Of a stretch of 64,000 bases of DNA, positions 56,202-64,000 are shown piece by piece. Origin of the DNA: Eledone cirrhosa (Eukaryota); the NCBI GenBank assembly GCA_964016885.1, contig OZ024748.1:23374001-23438000 (forward strand), written 5' to 3'. Under the pieces are notes generated by a model. That model worked only from the letters and a program-made list of their open reading frames with translations, made no database searches and was not told the DNA's origin. Numbering within the stretch: position 1 is the stretch's first letter; each line of letters opens with the position of its first letter. A program made the translations under genes and the position numbers.

Positions 56202-56338
56202 ATATATATATAAACGGAAAAAAATGAAACGATATTTCATTTCCCACTCTTAGTACGGCTGTTACTTAAATATAAGTATGTACACGTACATACATATATG
56301 TATACCGACGTACAGTATACATATATATATATATGTAG

Positions 56339-56406
<68 letters not shown>

Positions 56407-56527
56407 ATATATATATATATCCGTATGTGTATGTATATATATCTATATATATATATCCATATATATATATATCCGTATGTGTATGTATATATATATATAT
56501 ATATATATATCCAATATATATATATCC

Positions 56528-56564
<37 letters not shown>

Positions 56565-57119
56565 TCCATCTATCTATCTCTTTCTATAAATATATTCGGA
56601 TTGATAGCGGGAGATAGAATATGATGGGAAGAGAGAATGAGGAAGAAAGAGTGCGGGGTGGGGGGGGGGGGGGGATTGGGTAGGTGGGGGGGAGTGGTGG
56701 GTGTTGTGGGTGTGTGTCTGGAGGGGGGGGGGGGGTTATGGTATAAACTTCAAAAAGAAAATATGAAAGAAAAAAATGAAACCAACACAAACAACCAACT
56801 AAAGAACAAACAAAGAAAATTTGGCAGAGTTAAAGATAAAAATGAAAGATAGCGAGATAATGAAAAGAGAGAGAGAGAAAGAAAGAAAGAAGGAAAGAAA
56901 GAAGGAAAGAAACAAAGGAAGAAAGAAGGAAGGAAAGAAAGAAAGAAAGAATGAAAGAAGGAAAAATAATGAAATATGGGGTGTCAAAGAACGTTTGGTA
57001 GAATTTATTTTTCTTTTAAAAAAACTAACGATGGAAAACAAAGGAGAAGGAATGGTAGAAAGAAAGATATAGAGATAGATAGATAGAAAGGGAGAGAGGG
57101 AGTTAGAGAGGGAGAAGGT

Positions 57120-57152
<33 letters not shown>

Positions 57153-57264
57153 AGATAGAGAGGGAGAAGGAGATAGATAGATAAAAAGGGAGAGAGGGAG
57201 TTAGAGAGGGAGAAGGAGATAGATAGATAGAGAGAGAGAGAGGGAGATAGATAGAGATAGATAA

Positions 57265-57367
<103 letters not shown>

Positions 57368-57465
57368 GAGAGAAGGATAGGTAGCTAAATAGACAGACAG
57401 ATAGATATATAAATAGATAGATAGATACATAGATACATAGATAGATAGTAATATATGTATATATA

Positions 57466-57556
<91 letters not shown>

Positions 57557-57559
57557 AGA

Positions 57560-57602
<43 letters not shown>

Positions 57603-57632
57603 TAGATATATATATTATATATATAGATATAG

Positions 57633-57686
<54 letters not shown>

Positions 57687-57821
57687 AAGCATTGCAACAA
57701 ATAAAATAAAGAGAATGAAGGAAAGAAGGAAAGGGCAAATAAAGGGAGAGAATAAGGGAAGATAATGTTTTTCATTGGTTCTTTTGTTAAAATACAATTA
57801 CAGTTCATTTATATTCTGACC

Positions 57822-57852
57822 TTGTTGTTGTTGTTGTTGTTGTTGTTGTTAC

Positions 57853-57904
<52 letters not shown>

Positions 57905-58156
57905 ACTGTTGTTGTTGTTGTTGTCGTTGTTGTTGTTACTGTTGTTGTTGGTGTTGTTGTTGTTACTGTTGTTGTTGTTGTTGTTGTTGTTGTTACTGTT
58001 GTTGTTGGTGTTGTTGTTGTTGTTGTTACTGTTACTGTCGTTGTTATTGTTACTGTCGTTGTTGTTGTTGTTGTTACTGTCGTTGTTGTTGTTGTTGTTA
58101 GTGTCGTTGTTGTTGTTGTTACTGTCGTTGTTGTTGTTGTTACTGTTGTTGTGTTG
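57822..58156. repeat. (TTG)n tract
   Basis: Directly visible. Confidence 0.95.
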
Positions 58157-58256
58157 TACTCTGTTCTAGATTTTTAAATTTAGACAATGGTTTGGATGGG
58201 AGAGAATCATGAACTGCCTGAAAACAAAAACAATTTCAGTGACAACAATGCCATAA

Positions 58257-58352
<96 letters not shown>

Positions 58353-58637
58353 GTACACTCACACACATATAGATATATAGATATGTATGTATGTATGTGT
58401 GTATATAAATATGTATGTATATATGCACACACACATACACACACACACTCTCTCTCTCACACACACACCACATATATATATAGAGAAAGATATGTATATA
58501 GGTATATATGTATGTATGTATGTATGTGTGTATATATAAATATATATGTATATAAACACGCATACACGCGCACACACACACTTATATAGAAATGTATGTA
58601 CATATATATATATATATATGTGTGTGTGTACATATAA

Positions 58638-58668
<31 letters not shown>

Positions 58669-58670
58669 TG

Positions 58671-59244
58671 TCCCATGGTCGGGTCGTTGGCGACTAAACT
58701 GGCAACCCCACTAAGGTTTCTTGGTGAGGAGGGTGACTTTGGACATCCTGCAGGACTAAAAACAAAACCTGTCAAAGGGCAAAGGAGCTCTTAAGAGTCA
58801 ATGGCCATCCAAAATCACCGGGAGAGATGACCCCTTAGCCTTTGTCAAGGCAGAATTCTAGGAGAAGGAAAACTCTGATATAACACCTGCAACTCTGATG
58901 GTATCCAATGATGTTGACTTGTTCTTCTTTTTGGTAAATATCATCTTGGTTAAGAGAGTGGGACTGGCTTTGTGCAGTGCCTTTGCTCACTATAAAAGCT
59001 TCACGGCACAGGCATTGCTTTATATCTGGAGATCTCTCTGCACTTGTCGTCACATGGTACCATGGGCCTAGCACTATGGGTCAATAATTGTCACAAGTGT
59101 AGTGTTTGTACCAGAGTTTTCAAGTCGCTGGCTGGACTAACAAGTCACACTCGTTCAGCGCATCGGTAGGAGTTCTCCTACATGGATATAAAGTAGTGGC
59201 TATACTCGAAAACGAGTTGGCAGCCACCATGTATGTATGTATGT
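58671..59244 (+). mobile_element. RTE-derived non-autonomous element, longest copy (about 560 bp), (TATG)n on both sides
   Basis: Contains RTE 5'UTR-like ctaggagaaggaaaactctga joined to a zinc-finger relic and the RTE 3' end. Confidence 0.85.
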
Positions 59245-59379
59245 ACACACACACATATATATACATATAAATATATTGAAAACAAAAAATTTATTTAATT
59301 GTACGTCTTGACTTACTAAGTTTTTTTTTCAAATATATTGTTTACATTTTACATTTTTGCATGTATGTTGTTCTACACA

Positions 59380-59447
<68 letters not shown>

Positions 59448-59479
59448 TATATATATACATATATGTATATATTGACTTT

Positions 59480-59652
<173 letters not shown>

Positions 59653-59944
59653 ATATATATATTTATATATGTGGTGGTGTTGGTGGGGGGAATTCTGTGT
59701 ATATGTTTTCACACTATTAGAAATTCCATAAGTACATACATCCTGAAACTGTCAAAAAATTCCAAAACTATATGCACCCTGTCAGGAATTTTTCTTGGTC
59801 GACTTACTCAACAGAAACAACTTATAAACAGTAAATGTATTTAACATTTTACATCTAGTCTTCTTTTACTACCATTTATTCTCTCTCACTATCGCCCTCT
59901 CTTTCTCCACTAATCTCGCTGTTTATTTTATATATACATATACA

Positions 59945-60061
<117 letters not shown>

Positions 60062-60088
60062 GAGGAGGTTATTACACATATTCAAACG

Positions 60089-60134
<46 letters not shown>

Positions 60135-60137
60135 CAT

Positions 60138-60167
<30 letters not shown>

Positions 60168-60168
<1 letters not shown>

Positions 60169-60348
60169 GGTGGATTGGCAGTATCAGTAGAGGGTCGAAC
60201 ACCATGCTTTCCATCATAGTTACGTCTCTTTACGATCTGAGTTCAAATCCCGCCGAGGTTGACTTTGCCTTTCATCCTTACGGGGTCGATAAAATAAAGT
60301 ACCAGTAATGCACTGGGTAATTGCTGGCCTTGTGCCTAAAGTAGAAAC

Positions 60349-60352
<4 letters not shown>
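60168..60352 (+). mobile_element. tRNA-derived SINE family A; a further diverged copy at about 60490-60650 (-)
   Basis: Matches 43992-44180. Confidence 0.85.
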
Positions 60353-60396
<44 letters not shown>

Positions 60397-60442
60397 GTTT
60401 CTACTTTAGGCACAAGGCCAGCAATTACCCAGTGCATTACTC

Positions 60443-60484
<42 letters not shown>

Positions 60485-60779
60485 AGTGGACGGATGAAAT
60501 GCAAAGCTAACCTCGGTGGGATTTTAACTCAGAGCTTAAAGAGCCATAACTCTATTCCGTTAAGTATGTCGTCGGACGCTCTACCGATACTGCCAATCTA
60601 AAATAATAATAATGATAATGGTTTCTGATTTAGGCACAAGGCAAACAATTTGGGACGGGGGGGGGGGATGTCGATTAAAGTTTTCTTTATCGACCACAAA
60701 ATGTTTACATAAAAAAATAATAATAAAGTATTTATATAAACCGATATAACCCAAAGACTTGGAAAGCAGTTCACAGTTG

Positions 60780-61215
60780 GTATTTCTTGAAAAATAAGTC
60801 TTTCAGATCTGAAAGCCGGCAGAGATTGTGCAGTTCGTACAAGCAGAGGAAAAACCATTCCAGGGAGCTGCAACTGACTTTCAAAACCCTCTTCCTAATC
60901 GTCACAGTCATTAATTCTCGTACTTTTCCTATAGGAATGTCCATTCCAGAGAACTGCAGTTGGCGTTCCAAACTCCTCATAATCACCACAGTCCTTATTT
61001 GTCATGGGTGTCTCTTTCAGAGAGATGGAGCTGGCTTTCAGAAAGTTCCCTAATAACCACAGCTCTTAATTCACTTACTTGGAACTATGAGAAGTCCATT
61101 GCCACTTGATCACAAACAGACTGGTGACTCTTGTTTCCCCAACAGTTCACCAATGTGTTGAGAGGGAGCAAGCCCATGTACAGCTTTGAATAGTACCAGT
61201 AACAACAGTAATAAA
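60780..61215 (-). pseudogene. Decayed 3' end of an L2/CR1-group LINE
   Basis: Minus-strand relics LLVLFKAVHGLAPS, SSGNGLLIVP and WNG..PLLVRTAQSLPAFRS resemble the L2/CR1 C-terminal consensus FKALHGLAP...LWNSLP..IR...SL..FK. Confidence 0.5.
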
Positions 61216-61322
61216 TTTAAGTGAATAAAGAACGGAAAGGAAACATACAGCTGATAATGAAGTCTAAAGTTATTTTAAAGTTCACCAGCCTGTATAATTG
61301 CTGCTAACACCATGCTTTAAAC

Positions 61323-61731
61323 CAGAGGTTCTCAAACTTTTGGGGCCACCGCCCCTCTCACGGCCACGTAATACCCTCAGTTGACCCACCCCTAATTCTA
61401 GAGAGACCTACCTACACGCAAATTGTAAATAATATATAATAAATATAATCGTCAATTTATATATAATAAATTATATAATATGTGTGTAAAGAATATATAA
61501 TATATGTGTAAATAATATATAATATATGTGTAAATATAATGTGTAAATAAATATATATTTTTTATTTTACTATATTTACATATATATATATATATATATC
61601 GTATCATTTGATATTTAATATACTATTATATCATCTCTACCGCTCCCCCACAGCACCCTTAGACTCCAGCGACCCCTGGACCTTGTCAATGCTCCCCCTC
61701 CTCCCACTAACGCCCACTTTGAGAACCTCTG
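61323..61731. mobile_element. hAT (Charlie-like) MITE
   Basis: TIR cagaggttctcaaa / tttgagaacctctg; perfect 8-bp TSD ctttaaac. Confidence 0.9.
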
Positions 61732-62036
61732 CTTTAAACCAATGTTTCTCACCCTTTTCTTTCTTGTGGCTCATTTTTGGTGTCAAAAACATTTCAGTCC
61801 CATATTATTACAAATAGAAATAACAGGAGATATATTTCATTTACAAAAGCAAATTGTAGTCGAAAATATAAACCCTGACTAATGACTTCACTGTTCCTGG
61901 CGTCTATCAGCTGGAAGTTGGTAGATTGTAGAAACTTTAGACACCTTTAAAACAACTTTGACTTTATTAAATTAGCAATGTTGTTCTTTGTTTTATAATT
62001 CTTTTAGTGATTGTAGTCATTGGACTGCGACTGAGT

Positions 62037-62330
62037 TAATGCCCCAATATTGAAGGTCTTAGTCAAACACACACACATGCATACACATACATACACACAC
62101 ACATAGATACACACACACATGGCTGTGCTAATGCCCCAATATTGAAGGTCTTAGTCAAACACACACACATGCATACACATACATACACACACACATAGAT
62201 ACACACACACATGGCTGTGCTAATGCCCCAATATTGAAGGTCTTAGTCAAACACACACACATGCATAAACATACATGCACACACACACGGCTGTGCTAAT
62301 GCCCCAATATTGAAGATTTTAGTCAAATAG
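62037..62330. repeat. 92-bp tandem repeat, about 3.3 copies
   Basis: aatgccccaatattgaag recurs at spacings of 92, 92 and 76. Confidence 0.9.
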
Positions 62331-62506
62331 ACACACACACACGCGCGTATATATCTACACGTGTGTGTATATATATATGAATATGTGCGTGTGTATGTGC
62401 ATGCGTATGCGTGTATATGAGTATGTATGCGTGTACTCGTGCGTATGAGTGTTTGTATGTATACATGCACCGCTCTTTCTACCTAGTAATCTAATTGTGT
62501 GTGTGC

Positions 62507-62602
<96 letters not shown>

Positions 62603-63391
62603 TGACGATCAAGTAAACCAGCATTCAAATAGAACTCCATCCGTGGTGGGCAATTGAATTGAATCACTAAATTCTTTAACAGAGAAGAGATTTTCAATGT
62701 CTTCTTTATACATACAGTTCTGTTCCATCCGTAATATTTCAACTGCAAGTTAGGGCGATGGATTGGTAATAAAGTAGAAAAAATATTTTAATTACAAGTA
62801 GATAAGTAATGACTTATCTTTTAACGTCCAATACCTTAGCAAGACATTTCTGAATAGTACAAAACAGTATTATGGCTGTACTGTATTAAAAAGTAAAGTT
62901 TACCCTCTAATACTGAACATTTTCACAACAGTAATTAATAAACCTCATGAAAATGCATTGGTGAGGCATTCTTGAATTGTATAAACGTGACTATAACTAC
63001 ATCACATTAAAAAGTCTTTACTTAAGTTTACAGTAATTTTTTCTCAATGATCAGTCCATTAGTAAAACATACTATAAACATTTGAATTAATAAATATTCT
63101 TTTAAAGATATTTCTTGCTAAATCATAACAGGATGAAAAAAGTTAAATGATAAAAGGTTCCACTTTAATAGATGCAATGTATATAAGGTGTAATAGATGT
63201 AATGTATACAGGGTGAACGGAAATATGATGGCAGGAAAAATGTCTCAGTTTTGGCTAAGAAACAATGTTATATACATCTGTGGAGGGAAAACGTCACACT
63301 TCTGGCTAGGAAAAGGCATACTTCTGGTTAGAAATAAAGTTACAAGCAAAAGCGCCACATTTTTGGATACTCTTCGGCTAGCTTCGTAAAC

Positions 63392-63545
<154 letters not shown>

Positions 63546-63562
63546 GTACAACCTCATTCAGA

Positions 63563-63603
63563 CCGAGCTGAGGATCCGAATAAGGTGAAACATTTGTTCT
63601 CGG
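63563..63603 (+). ncRNA. Minimal hammerhead motif in a 90-bp island between (TA)n runs
   Basis: ccgag-CTGAGGA-t-cc[gaataa]gg-t-GAAA-catttg-TT-ctcgg. Confidence 0.7.
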
Positions 63604-63636
63604 CATGGTGAACTAACTGTTGTGGAACTACTTCTC

Positions 63637-63775
<139 letters not shown>

Positions 63776-63780
63776 GTATA

Positions 63781-63921
<141 letters not shown>

Positions 63922-63933
63922 ATATGCATGTAA

Positions 63934-64000
<67 letters not shown>

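Overview
AT-rich, microsatellite-saturated eukaryotic non-genic DNA. The SINE families and repeat load resemble an octopus/cephalopod genome (inference from recall, not a search). No host protein-coding gene is confidently present, and almost all listed ORFs are microsatellite artefacts. The real coding content is transposon-derived: a near-full-length Tx1/L1-clade LINE (32626-38352, -) plus an older fragment, a 5'-truncated RTE LINE with an open RT/zinc-finger ORF, an RLE-type (R4/Dong-like) LINE fragment, an L2/CR1-like remnant, and an internally deleted hAT transposon. There are also hAT MITEs, tRNA-derived SINEs and an RTE-derived non-autonomous family. The most notable signal is non-coding. 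A 310-bp tandem array (16392-19249) carries a type-I hammerhead ribozyme in every unit (retrozyme-like), with an inverted head copy. A further dozen or so hammerhead motifs from several unrelated families sit in (TA)n-flanked, often fold-back elements. These include a compensated U3-A8 core variant, a recurrent U-U at the base of helix II and family-specific palindromic helix III sequences. All structures were read by eye; none was folded computationally or tested.
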